Below the pieces are notes generated by a model. The model saw only the letters and a program-made list of their open reading frames with translations, was not told the DNA's origin and searched no databases. A DNA stretch of 64,000 nucleotides, taken from positions 167,943-231,942 of the forward strand of contig CAVRJJ010000005.1 of assembly GCA_963721685.1 (NCBI GenBank), read 5' to 3'. A program made the translations under genes and the position numbers. Each line of letters begins with the position of its first letter. The stretch's first letter is position 1. Below, one piece after another: positions 46,439 to 55,988 of this stretch. The stretch comes from an uncultured bacterium. GTDB lineage: Bacteria > Patescibacteriota > Saccharimonadia > UBA4664 > SCTI01.

Positions 46439-47905
46439 TTAGTCTGGTCCTGGTCGCACGGACGACCGGCGATTGCCGCCTGTAGCGGCACGGCTGGCAT
46501 CGTACCCGGCACCAACATCATAGTAGCCCTGCCACCACGACTCTAGGAAGTTTGTTTCGGTAACGGCTGTCCCGGCATACGTTAACACTCGTATAAGCGG
46601 CCCGTTTGGCGGGGACTCAAGCGCCGTAAGTACCTCGGCTTTGGCGGTACTGGTTCTCACATTCCCGGCGCTCACCCGGACGCCAGAGCGGAATCCTGAA
46701 TAGTAGGCGTAAAAGCTAGACAAGGCAGTTCCATCTGTCCTATAAACCATGACATGGGGACCGGCGCCGGGACCCGCCCCCGTGATAATTTCGGCGTTAG
46801 CCGTACCTTCCACATCAGCCGCGGCAACATCAATCCCTCCTTTGAAACTCTGGTCGTAGGCGTAAAAACTAGCAACCACGGTAGTTCCATCGGCCTTATA
46901 CGCGATAACATGAGGGCTAGCACTTGGTCCCGCCCCAGCAATTATTTCGGCTTTTCCGTCCCCATCTAAATCTCCGGCACTGACCGATATTCCGCCCTTA
47001 AAGCTCGGGTGGAAAGCATAAAAACTAGCAATTGGCGTGCCATCAATCTTAAACGCTTTCACGTGGGGTCCCGCCCCCGGCCCGGTGCCGGTTATGATCT
47101 CATCAACTCCATCGCCATCAAGGTCTCCGGCCGCCACATCAATACCTCCCCTGAAGCGGGGATCGTAGGCGTAAAAACTAGCTAGAGCAGTGCCATCGGC
47201 CCGGGTCGCGATTACGTGGGGGGCGCCACCGCTACCCGCCCCAACGACGGTTTCGGAAGTAGTGCTAGGGCCCTCGAAGTTGCCCATAGCCACCTTAAGA
47301 GGCCCTTGGAATCCCTGAAAAGGCAGCTGCTCATTCGGGAGCGCCGGGTACGCCACCGGAGCCGAAAGACGCAGGGCCTGATTGAGTGAAGCGTAGGGGT
47401 TAATTAACGAACCGTCGGGTGCAAAAATTTCAAAATGCAGGTGCGGCGGGGTGGTTTCGGCATTGCCGGAATCGCCAACATACCCGATAAACTGACCCCT
47501 TACCACACGGTTGCCTGTTTTCATGTCCGGAGCGTAAGCGTTCATTGGCCCGCCCTGCCCATCATCGGTGCCGGGATGGTCATTGTTAAGATGGATAAAG
47601 CGAAACGCGTATCCTTCGGCATCTTCAACCGTAACGCTGTAGCCCCATGAGGCCTCAGGCACAATCACTGAGGTTACGGTTCCGTCGATTGGTGAAACCA
47701 ACGCCCTGCCCTTAGGGGCAAAAATATCGGTTGCCCCGTGGGTTCCGTTGGAGCGCGGGGCGTTAAAGTCGTTTGAATAGCTGGCCGAGCCGGTAACCGG
47801 AAAGACTATTGGCGGAACCGCTTTGGCTTCGGAGGGAATAAACAATATGGCCGCGGCGGCAGGAACCAAGAACACAAAGATACTTCGAAATGGTAATGCT
47901 TTCAT
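46439..47905 (-). CDS. Secreted M23 (LytM) peptidase fused to FG-GAP/VCBS-type beta-propeller repeats
   Basis: M23 motifs GTHGATDIF ... HLHFEI. At least five repeats of the ...GAGPGAGPHV..DGT..ASFYAY...F.GG..V.AGD.DGDG..EII.G type. Confidence 0.8.
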   Translation of the reverse strand: MKALPFRSIFVFLVPAAAAILFIPSEAKAVPPIVFPVTGSASYSNDFNAPRSNGTHGATDIFAPKGRALVSPIDGTVTSVIVPEASWGYSVTVEDAEGYAFRFIHLNNDHPGTDDGQGGPMNAYAPDMKTGNRVVRGQFIGYVGDSGNAETTPPHLHFEIFAPDGSLINPYASLNQALRLSAPVAYPALPNEQLPFQGFQGPLKVAMGNFEGPSTTSETVVGAGSGGAPHVIATRADGTALASFYAYDPRFRGGIDVAAGDLDGDGVDEIITGTGPGAGPHVKAFKIDGTPIASFYAFHPSFKGGISVSAGDLDGDGKAEIIAGAGPSASPHVIAYKADGTTVVASFYAYDQSFKGGIDVAAADVEGTANAEIITGAGPGAGPHVMVYRTDGTALSSFYAYYSGFRSGVRVSAGNVRTSTAKAEVLTALESPPNGPLIRVLTYAGTAVTETNFLESWWQGYYDVGAGYDASRAATGGNRRSSVRPGPD

Positions 47906-47949
47906 ACCCTTATCTTACCATCTTTAAGCCTAGGGCTTTGCCTTTTAGG

Positions 47950-48360
47950 TTATTTATATAGAGCGCGGCAGTCGATATAAGTGCCCGAAGTTCTCAGGCC
48001 CTTTGGGATATTGGCTTGGTCTTTTAAGCATTCGCGCAGTGCATTTGCCTTTCGCTGCTTATTTTCCTCTGCCCGTTGCTGTTGGGGCATGATAATAAAA
48101 ATATAGCTTACTGCTATAACAACTGTGCCCGTCACGATAGCCGATAACATTTTTAACGTGAGCATAGCGCGCAGATTTACCGTCTTCATAAACCCACTAT
48201 ACCTTAACGGAAGCACAACACATTTCAGATATATCTGTGGCTGAATAAAATCAGTGTGGTTTGCTATGATTGGTGAATGAAGGCGACTGACACATTGCAC
48301 CCTCCAATTATTCCGGTAGAGCTGGAAAGAATAACGCTTAGTACTATGAGCGACGGGCAA
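47950..48360 (-). CDS. Hypothetical small membrane protein
   Basis: 136-aa ORF with a C-terminal transmembrane helix. Weak evidence. Confidence 0.3.
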   Translation of the reverse strand: MPVAHSTKRYSFQLYRNNWRVQCVSRLHSPIIANHTDFIQPQIYLKCVVLPLRYSGFMKTVNLRAMLTLKMLSAIVTGTVVIAVSYIFIIMPQQQRAEENKQRKANALRECLKDQANIPKGLRTSGTYIDCRALYK

Positions 48361-48502
48361 ACCATTGAAGCGGTGGCGGGGATAGCCGTGTTGGCAATAG
48401 GTAGCGGCGTGATGCTGGCGATTGCCACTAGAGCGTTCAGTTATGGCAGCCTGGAGTATAGCCGGAAACTGAGCTTGCGGGAACTATGGCGGCATTAGGT
48501 TC

Positions 48503-48790
48503 ATGCGATATCACCACATTGTGCTTTTTAGATTAAAGGAAGGGGTAAGTGATGCGGACCGTCGCCAAGCGTTAACCCTGCTTAAAGCGTTGGGCTCAGA
48601 CGCGGAAGGATTGGAGTCGTGGCAAATCAACAAATCTCTTGATACGCGCAAAGGTAATATCATTATTGAAGAAGCAGTTTTTTCTACTGAAGAAGACTTT
48701 ACCGCATTCCGCGAATCGGCCAAGCACAATGAGGTTGGCAGATTCATGCGGAGAATCGCAGATTGGTGGGTTGGGGACTATACAGCCTAA
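48503..48790 (+). CDS. Dabb (stress-responsive dimeric alpha/beta barrel) family protein
   Basis: MRYHHIVLFRLKEGVSDADRRQAL..., about 95 aa, typical of Dabb. Confidence 0.55.
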   Translation: MRYHHIVLFRLKEGVSDADRRQALTLLKALGSDAEGLESWQINKSLDTRKGNIIIEEAVFSTEEDFTAFRESAKHNEVGRFMRRIADWWVGDYTA

Positions 48791-48862
48791 GCATGATTGC
48801 GCTTAAGCTTATATAAGATATAATTGAGGTTGCACCACCCTAAGCAGGGAAAATAAATACTC

Positions 48863-50572
48863 ATGCACCTCATCTCAAAACGTTTCCCTCTCTCTATGGC
48901 TGCCATAATGGCATTCGGCCTGATGCTCGCCCTGCTGTCAATTCAGCCGGTACGGGCGGCGGATCCGGTAAAGCTTTCACTCGGCCCTCCATCGCAAAAT
49001 GTCAGCACTGGCTCTACCTTTCAAATGGCAATCAATTTAACCACTTTCGGCCAAGCGGTTGATACGGTTTCGGCATCGTTAACCTATCCCAGTGATCGCC
49101 TTACGTGCCAAAGCGTCACCACCACCTCGGATTTTACCTTTATTCCCCAACCGGATGTATGCAGCGGAGGAACCATCCTGGTTCAAAGGGGGCGAAGCAG
49201 TAATTACACGGCAAACGGGGTAATCGCCCTTGTTACCTTCAAGGCATTAATTCCAGGTTCAGCACCTGTACACCTTAATGACTCTTCAGTAGCGCTTACT
49301 GGGGGCGAGGATGTGCCTTACACCACCGAAGACGCTAATTATTTGGTGGTAAGCGGCCCTAAAATCTACGCCTGGACCTATGCTGGCCAGACGAGCAGTA
49401 AGCCTTTGAATAACATTCTTCCCGGCCAAACGGCAACCTTCACCGTGAGCGCCCTTAACTCAGGGTTTTATACCTGGACCAATAGCGGTGCCAATCCTGT
49501 TCGGCTCGGCGCTAGCCGACCCAACGACCGTACCAGCCCGTTTGCTACCCCCTCATGGCTGAGTCCGGCCAGAGCGGCAACATTAAATGAAGCCAGTGTC
49601 GCTCCCGGCCAAACAGGAACATTTACCTTTTCCGTTCAAACCCCGTCCCAGCCGGGGAATTATAAAGAGTACTACAATCTTTTGGCCGAAGGCATCACTT
49701 GGATGAATGACCCCGGTCTTTATTTTGGCGTTACTGTTTCCCCTCCTACCTACACCTGGTCCTTGGTTGGCCAAGGCGCTTACACCGATGCCTCAAAAGC
49801 TACACCGTTAAACCTGTCCCAACTAACCCCCAACCAGACAGGTTGGCTTGAACTTAAAGTCAGAAATACCGGCAACATGACGTGGACGAACTCCGGCCCT
49901 AACCCCGTACGCATCGGGAGCTCGCGTCCGCTTGAACGGGTGAGCCGTTACGCGACCCCCGCTTGGCTAACACCAAGCCGCCCCGGCAATTTGGTAGAGG
50001 CATCAGTTGCTCCGGGAGCCGTAGGTACCTTTGAGTTCCCCATAACCGCTCCATCAACCACGGGCACTTACATTGAATACTTTACCCCCTTGGCCGAAGG
50101 CATCACTTGGATGAACGACATTGGGCTAAGCTTTTATACGGTGGTTAGCCGAACCTACACCTGGTCCTTGGTTGGCCAAGGCGCTTACACCGATGCCTCA
50201 AAAGCTACACCGTTAAACCTGTCCCAACTAACCCCCAACCAGACAGGTTGGCTTGAACTTAAAGTCAGAAATACCGGCAACATGACGTGGACGAACTCCG
50301 GCCCTAACCCCGTACGCATCGGGAGCTCGCGTCCGCTTGAACGGGTGAGCCGTTACGCGACCCCCGCTTGGCTAACACCAAGCCGCCCCGGCAATTTGGT
50401 AGAGGCATCAGTTGCTCCGGGAGCCGTAGGTACCTTTGAGTTCCCCATAACCGCTCCATCAACCACGGGCACTTACATTGAATACTTTACCCCCTTGGCC
50501 GAAGGCATCACTTGGATGAACGACATTGGGCTAAGCTTTTATACGGTGGTTAATCCCGGGGGCGGGAAGTAG
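48863..50572 (+). CDS. Secreted surface protein: cohesin-like N-terminal domain plus three four-Trp repeat domains (the last two identical)
   Basis: Signal peptide, a cohesin-like beta-sandwich segment (KLSLGPPSQNVSTGSTFQMAINLTT...), then repeats homologous to those of 24358..26280. TTGCGC-N16-TATAAT promoter at 48797-48831. Confidence 0.7.
   Translation: MHLISKRFPLSMAAIMAFGLMLALLSIQPVRAADPVKLSLGPPSQNVSTGSTFQMAINLTTFGQAVDTVSASLTYPSDRLTCQSVTTTSDFTFIPQPDVCSGGTILVQRGRSSNYTANGVIALVTFKALIPGSAPVHLNDSSVALTGGEDVPYTTEDANYLVVSGPKIYAWTYAGQTSSKPLNNILPGQTATFTVSALNSGFYTWTNSGANPVRLGASRPNDRTSPFATPSWLSPARAATLNEASVAPGQTGTFTFSVQTPSQPGNYKEYYNLLAEGITWMNDPGLYFGVTVSPPTYTWSLVGQGAYTDASKATPLNLSQLTPNQTGWLELKVRNTGNMTWTNSGPNPVRIGSSRPLERVSRYATPAWLTPSRPGNLVEASVAPGAVGTFEFPITAPSTTGTYIEYFTPLAEGITWMNDIGLSFYTVVSRTYTWSLVGQGAYTDASKATPLNLSQLTPNQTGWLELKVRNTGNMTWTNSGPNPVRIGSSRPLERVSRYATPAWLTPSRPGNLVEASVAPGAVGTFEFPITAPSTTGTYIEYFTPLAEGITWMNDIGLSFYTVVNPGGGK
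49748..50557 (+). repeat. Perfect (by eye, 100% identical) 405-bp x 2 intragenic tandem duplication
   Basis: 49748..50152 equals 50153..50557 (ACCTACACCTGGTCCTTGGTTGGCCAAGGCGCTTACACC...). It encodes two identical 135-aa repeat units. Confidence 0.8.
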
Positions 50573-50578
50573 TAAACG

Positions 50579-51589
50579 TTACAACCTAAGTTGGAACTGA
50601 TTTTCCGGGTCAGCCATATATTCGTTAAGGTACGGCGAATAAGTTTCTACTTGTATTAGACGTTTGGTGGGCTGGAACGTTAAGATGCGCAAAAAGCCGT
50701 TACCGCCGTTACCCAGTTGCTGGTAATTAGCCAACATCTGATGGACAGGGTGGCCATCGATGATATCAGTGCGGCGGGCGGCTCCATGAGTGGAAGTAAT
50801 ATCGTGGCCAGATAAAAACAGAGAGAGATTGAGATGATTTTGGTCAACCACTAGTTTTTGCCAGATTTCTTCGCCGGCGTTATCTCCTCCCCCACCATAA
50901 GACCTGCAAATTGCGCTATTTGAGCGCTCACCCCGAAAATCAGTAAAAGAGTGGGTTGTAATAATCGCCCTCCGGTTAGGGTGAAGAGTAAGCGTATCGC
51001 CGACCCAATCAATAACTGGATCCGGCGGGCAAAACTCTAAGTTAAAAGCTATATATTGTGCCCCCCCGCCGTTAAACAGCTGGAAGCTGTTCTTGCTACC
51101 AGCGTGTTCGTCGTGAGGCTGGGGGTTATCATTTAAATAACTACCGCCCCAAGTTTGGGAACGCTTGAGACGTGATAGGGGAAAATATTTTTGGTATAAG
51201 GGGGCATTTCCGCCCGGGGCAATATCATGATTTCCCGGGGCTAGGCCGTAGGGGACAACCCCGTCCAGCTTTTGCATGGCCGCGTCGGCAATCTGCCATT
51301 GCGCTTCAATGTCGGGGGTTTGAACAATATCGCCTTCCTGCGAAACAAATACAATATTCCTATTCTTTTTATGCTCGGCAATCCACGCGGTTTGGGCCAT
51401 AAAGATTTCCGGAAACGACATCGAATAAAACTGGGTATCGGGCAACACAATGATCGAGAAAGCGCGCGCTGTTTCATCCCCGTCCGGCAATGGGCGGGTT
51501 AGGGGTTGATGAGGTTCCGGTAATGTTGCTACATAGGAAGCTATGATTAAGGAAACCGCTAAAACGATACGGCTAAATAGGTGATTCAT
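50579..51589 (-). CDS. Secreted calcineurin-like metallophosphoesterase
   Basis: GNHD, GDxxD-like and GH motifs. N-terminal signal peptide. Confidence 0.7.
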   Translation of the reverse strand: MNHLFSRIVLAVSLIIASYVATLPEPHQPLTRPLPDGDETARAFSIIVLPDTQFYSMSFPEIFMAQTAWIAEHKKNRNIVFVSQEGDIVQTPDIEAQWQIADAAMQKLDGVVPYGLAPGNHDIAPGGNAPLYQKYFPLSRLKRSQTWGGSYLNDNPQPHDEHAGSKNSFQLFNGGGAQYIAFNLEFCPPDPVIDWVGDTLTLHPNRRAIITTHSFTDFRGERSNSAICRSYGGGGDNAGEEIWQKLVVDQNHLNLSLFLSGHDITSTHGAARRTDIIDGHPVHQMLANYQQLGNGGNGFLRILTFQPTKRLIQVETYSPYLNEYMADPENQFQLRL

Positions 51590-51703
51590 GGTAGTAAGGA
51601 TACCTTATGCTACTACAACAGGTCAGTCCAGCCAAGCGGTTTCTATTCGCCACCCGTGTTTATACGTTATAATCTGGCGGTTATGCATTATAATCAAGGC
51701 TAG

Positions 51704-52675
51704 ATGTTAATTCCAAAAACATTACAGCAATTCCTTTTGGAGGGGTTGAAAGACCATCCCGAACGTTTAGACCTCGTGATGGTTATGTCGAATATTGCTA
51801 CGATCGGCAAGCTGATTTCTGCCCAGACTAACCGGGTTGGACTGGCGGATATTCGCGGCTTGTCAAAGAGCGCCAACGTTCACGACGAAACCCAGGCCAA
51901 GCTGGATTTGTACGCCAATGATTTATGCAAAAGCTATCTGGAAAGTACCGGTTCATTCGCGGCGCTAGCGAGCGAAGAAGAGGAGCAGGTGGTTGATCTC
52001 AACAGCCCGGACGCCAAGTATGTGATTGCCTTTGATCCGCTTGATGGCAGCAGTAATATTGATGTGAACGTGGCGGTGGGAACTATTTTTTCAGTCCATA
52101 GCAAACGAGAAGATGTCCCGGCAGGCGACCCGCGGCAGTTTTTCCAAAAAGGCGCGGACCAAGTGCTAGCGGGGTATGTAATGTATGGATCCAGTACCGT
52201 ACTGGTGTTTAGCTGGGGCAGCGGCGTTCATGAATTTACCCTTGATGTAGACTTAGGTGAATTTTTCTTAAGCGACGAGCACATGAAGGTACCGGAAACC
52301 TGCGCCTACTATAGTGTTAATGAGTCCTATGTTCCGTATATGGCCGAGAAAGACCAGAAGTATGTCGCGGTTTTACGGGAACGCACCACTAAGCAGCGCT
52401 GGGTCGGCGCGTTTGTAGGGGATTTCCACCGCAACTTAATTAAGGGCGGCGTTTTCTTTTCCCCGCCCGTTGACACCAGCGGACAGCAACAGTTTAAGCC
52501 CAAATTACGGCTTAACTATGAGCTGAAACCGCTGGCGTTTTTAATTGAGCAGGCCGGCGGATCAGCTACTGCCGGAGGGGAGCGGATATTGGATATCATG
52601 CCAAGTGAACTCCACCAACGAGCTTCTGCCATCCTGGGAAATACAGAGATAGTTAAACTTTACGAGGAGTCCTAA
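51704..52675 (+). CDS. fbp: Fructose-1,6-bisphosphatase class 1
   Basis: FDPLDGSSNIDVNVAVGTIFSV metal-binding motif of type I FBPase. Confidence 0.9.
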   Translation: MLIPKTLQQFLLEGLKDHPERLDLVMVMSNIATIGKLISAQTNRVGLADIRGLSKSANVHDETQAKLDLYANDLCKSYLESTGSFAALASEEEEQVVDLNSPDAKYVIAFDPLDGSSNIDVNVAVGTIFSVHSKREDVPAGDPRQFFQKGADQVLAGYVMYGSSTVLVFSWGSGVHEFTLDVDLGEFFLSDEHMKVPETCAYYSVNESYVPYMAEKDQKYVAVLRERTTKQRWVGAFVGDFHRNLIKGGVFFSPPVDTSGQQQFKPKLRLNYELKPLAFLIEQAGGSATAGGERILDIMPSELHQRASAILGNTEIVKLYEES

Positions 52676-53701
52676 ATGAACCACGCAGAACAACTTAAAA
52701 AAACCGCCCAGGCAATGATGGCTGAAGGCAAAGGGCTGCTCGCGGCCGATGAGAGTACGGCAACGATCGCGAAGCGCTTTGAAGGCGTCGGCATGGAAAA
52801 CACCGAAGACCATCGTCGCCAATACCGCCAGCTCTTGTTTGAAACACCCGGCGCAGAAGCTTTTATTAGCGGTGTCATTTTATATGACGAAACTGCCCGA
52901 GGGAACGATGATCAGGGCAAGCCCTTCGTGCAAGTTTTAAGCGAACGGGGAGTGGTACCAGGCATAAAGGTAGATATTGGGCCACGTGAGTTGGCGCTTC
53001 ACCCAGGTGAAAAAGTAACTGAAGGGCTCGACGGACTGGGCGAGCGTTTTGCCGAATATGCTGGCATGGGCATCGGGTTCGCTAAATGGCGGGCAGTAAT
53101 TATTATTGACGGCAATAGTTTGCCGACCGCGGCTTGTTTAGAGGCTAATGCCCACGCGCTAGCCCGCTACGCCGCTTTAGCCCAAGAAGCGGGAATTGTT
53201 CCTATCGTTGAACCTGAAGTGCTGATGGATGGTACTCATTCTATGGAGCGCTGCATGGAAGTAACCGCCCAGGCGCTCGATGCCTTATTTGTGCAGTTGG
53301 AGAAACAGGGTGTAATGCTTGAAGGCGTCATTTTAAAGCCAAGTATGGTAATTGGCGGAAGTGCTTCCGGTGCTGCTTCCGAACCTGAGGCGGTTGCCGA
53401 ACAGACCCTGAAATGCCTAACCGAGCATGCCCCGCATAACTTAGCTGGTGTAATGTTCCTGTCTGGGGGGCAAAGCGACGAAGACGCGACGGCTCACTTA
53501 AACGCGATGAATAAAATTGGAGGCACGCCGTGGGGGCTGTCGTTTTCCTATGGCCGTGCTTTGCAAAATCCCGTGTTAAGCCTCTGGGCTAAGGGAGAAA
53601 AAGACAAAGCCCAGGCCGCCTACCTTCATCGCGCCGAAGCCAATAGCTTAGCCGCCCGAGGCCAATGGACACACGAGTTTGAAGAAATCCGTCCCTACTA
53701 A
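52676..53701 (+). CDS. fba: Fructose-bisphosphate aldolase, class I (eukaryotic-type Schiff-base aldolase)
   Basis: GKGLLAADESTATIAKRF and a downstream Lys region diagnostic of class I FBA. Confidence 0.88.
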   Translation: MNHAEQLKKTAQAMMAEGKGLLAADESTATIAKRFEGVGMENTEDHRRQYRQLLFETPGAEAFISGVILYDETARGNDDQGKPFVQVLSERGVVPGIKVDIGPRELALHPGEKVTEGLDGLGERFAEYAGMGIGFAKWRAVIIIDGNSLPTAACLEANAHALARYAALAQEAGIVPIVEPEVLMDGTHSMERCMEVTAQALDALFVQLEKQGVMLEGVILKPSMVIGGSASGAASEPEAVAEQTLKCLTEHAPHNLAGVMFLSGGQSDEDATAHLNAMNKIGGTPWGLSFSYGRALQNPVLSLWAKGEKDKAQAAYLHRAEANSLAARGQWTHEFEEIRPY

Positions 53702-54680
53702 AAATACGGGGAAACTAGGCCTGGTTGTTGGAAAATTTTACCCGCCTCATAAAGGCCATCATTTTTTAATTGAAACCGCCAAGCGCCATAGCGATGAGCT
53801 GGTGGTAATGGTAGTAGCGGGTAAAGGCCAGCAGCCGGATGGCAACACCCGCGCGGCATGGCTGAGCAAAGTACATCCCGATGTCGATATGCGTGTAATT
53901 GAAGATATCTATGATGATGACAACTCCCAGGCCTGGGCCGATTATAGCGTTAAGCTCTTGGGACGCGCGCCCGATATTGTATTTACCTCCGAATCCTATG
54001 GCGATCCCTGGGCCCAGTTGATGGGAAGTGAACATATGCTCGTTGATTTAGAGCGGCGCGTAGTTCCGGTGTCGGCTACCCGGGTACGGGCTAATCCATT
54101 GGAAGAGTGGCAGTTTTTGGATCCTCCTGCACGCGCCTACTACACCAAGCGGGTTGTGGTAGTGGGCGCCGAATCCACCGGCAAAACCACTCTGGTTGAA
54201 GCACTGGCAAGCCATTATAAAACCAGTTGGGCACCGGAATACGGGCGGATGTATACCTACGGCAAGCCCGCCTCTGGACCAGGGAGCGAATGGGATAGCG
54301 AGGAGTTCCGTTTTATTGCGGAAGAACAAAACCAGCTGGAGGATATGCTGGCAGGCTACAGTAATAAGTTATTGCTATGCGACACCGATGCCCTGGCCAC
54401 AGCACTCTGGCATGAAGTGTACCTAGGAAGCTGGTCTAAGGAAGTTGAAAAGCTATTTTTAAAGATGAGTTATGCCCTATACCTGGTAACGGATTATGAT
54501 ACCCCGCATGTCCAGGATGAGATTCGGGTAGGGGAGGGGAGCCGCGAAGCCATGCACCACCGGTTCATCCAATTACTGGAAAAGTACCAGCGTCCTTATA
54601 AAGTTATCAGCGGGTCGCCCGAAGAGCGGCTCGAGCAAGCGGTTCAAGCTTGCGATAATGTCTTAGCTAGCACCCATTAG
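53679..54680 (+). CDS. nadR: NadR-type bifunctional NMN adenylyltransferase / ribosylnicotinamide kinase (no N-terminal HTH)
   Basis: GLVVGKFYPPHKGHHFLI (HxGH nucleotidyltransferase) plus the C-terminal P-loop VVVVGAESTGKTTL. Confidence 0.8.
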   Translation: MKKSVPTKNTGKLGLVVGKFYPPHKGHHFLIETAKRHSDELVVMVVAGKGQQPDGNTRAAWLSKVHPDVDMRVIEDIYDDDNSQAWADYSVKLLGRAPDIVFTSESYGDPWAQLMGSEHMLVDLERRVVPVSATRVRANPLEEWQFLDPPARAYYTKRVVVVGAESTGKTTLVEALASHYKTSWAPEYGRMYTYGKPASGPGSEWDSEEFRFIAEEQNQLEDMLAGYSNKLLLCDTDALATALWHEVYLGSWSKEVEKLFLKMSYALYLVTDYDTPHVQDEIRVGEGSREAMHHRFIQLLEKYQRPYKVISGSPEERLEQAVQACDNVLASTH

Positions 54681-55085
54681 GCCGATTATAAGTCCCATCA
54701 CCATAATGGTTACGAACTCGTTGCCGATATTAAGCAGCGTTAATTTGGCGGGCCGGCCTTCGAAGGCGTCGTGAGTGATAAAGCGGGCAGCCGTAAAGCC
54801 CAGCCATACCCAGAAGGCGGTGCTTAGAGAGTCCTGCAAAAAGCTGTGGCCAAAAAACTGATTTGAAAGAAAAGCCACATGGGCAAGCACGTAAGCTGTA
54901 ATAAGGCTGACCAGCGCGGTGATAGCAATTGGCTTAAAGACGGGGCCAGTATTTTTTGACATGTCGATTTTAGCGAGCTTAATCCAGATATTACCAAATA
55001 CGGGCCTCGCGTACCAAATGCTGCCGACTACCATTGAACTTAGCATTGCCAAAAGCACCGCCAAGTAATTAATTTGCACGTCCAT
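54663..55085 (-). CDS. DUF1761-family membrane protein
   Basis: Four transmembrane helices. Start set at the ATG (55085) preceded by AAGGAG at 7-nt spacing; the track's longer ORF (to 55154) is less likely. Confidence 0.6.
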   Translation of the reverse strand: MDVQINYLAVLLAMLSSMVVGSIWYARPVFGNIWIKLAKIDMSKNTGPVFKPIAITALVSLITAYVLAHVAFLSNQFFGHSFLQDSLSTAFWVWLGFTAARFITHDAFEGRPAKLTLLNIGNEFVTIMVMGLIIGLMGAS

Positions 55086-55214
55086 CGGATTACTCCTTAT
55101 TATAAATTGGATTGTAGCAAATGCTTGGAATTTTTGCATTATATGGTTTATCAAAGACTTTTTTCAAAGCCTCTAGTGCGGGCGATAAACTATTTTGATA
55201 AACTGGAAAGCTAT

Positions 55215-55988
55215 ATGAGCGCGACGAAACCAAAACCAACCCATGCTATAGCCATCCAGGGTTTACAGAAACGCTATAAGAGCGGGGTGGAAGCGTTAAA
55301 GGGCATTGACTTAACAATTCCTGATGGCGGTTTTATTGGACTGCTTGGACCAAACGGGGCGGGGAAGTCCACGCTTATCCATTGCATTATGGGATTGGCT
55401 ATCCCTACCAGCGGCAAGGCTAGTGTGTTTGGCCACGACGTAGTGACTGACTATCAAGCAGCGCGCCGGCTATGCGGCCTGGCACCCCAGGAAATTAATA
55501 TGGACTGGTTCTTAACCGTTGAGGACACCTTGGATTTTCATGGCGGTTACTATGGGATGACAAAGGCCGAACGTAGGCCGAGGATCGATGAGCTCCTCGA
55601 AACCTTTTCTCTTACCGACAAGCGAAAAGCCAAAATGTTAGCCCTTTCCGGCGGCATGAAGCGCCGCGTAATGCTCGCCCGGGCGGTAATGCACAACCCC
55701 AAAGTCTTAATTTTAGATGAACCCACCGCTGGGGTTGATGTTGAGCTTCGGCTGGAGCTTTGGCAGTACATGAAAAAAATTAACAAGGCCGGGACTACCA
55801 TCCTATTAACTACCCATTACATTGAAGAGGCGGAAGGTTTATGCGACCAGATTGCCCTCATTAATAAAGGCGAAATTATCAAGGAAGGCACATCGGACGA
55901 GCTGAAGAAACAGTTTGGTAAGAAAACATTGGAAGATGTTTATTTAACCGTGATTGGGCGTGAAGAGCTAACCCGGATGACTAAATGA
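55215..55988 (+). CDS. ABC transporter ATP-binding protein (ABC-2 exporter type)
   Basis: Walker A GPNGAGKST, signature LSGGMKRR, Walker B ILILDEPT. Start at MSATKPKP (the track starts upstream at 55074). Confidence 0.85.
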   Translation: MSATKPKPTHAIAIQGLQKRYKSGVEALKGIDLTIPDGGFIGLLGPNGAGKSTLIHCIMGLAIPTSGKASVFGHDVVTDYQAARRLCGLAPQEINMDWFLTVEDTLDFHGGYYGMTKAERRPRIDELLETFSLTDKRKAKMLALSGGMKRRVMLARAVMHNPKVLILDEPTAGVDVELRLELWQYMKKINKAGTTILLTTHYIEEAEGLCDQIALINKGEIIKEGTSDELKKQFGKKTLEDVYLTVIGREELTRMTK

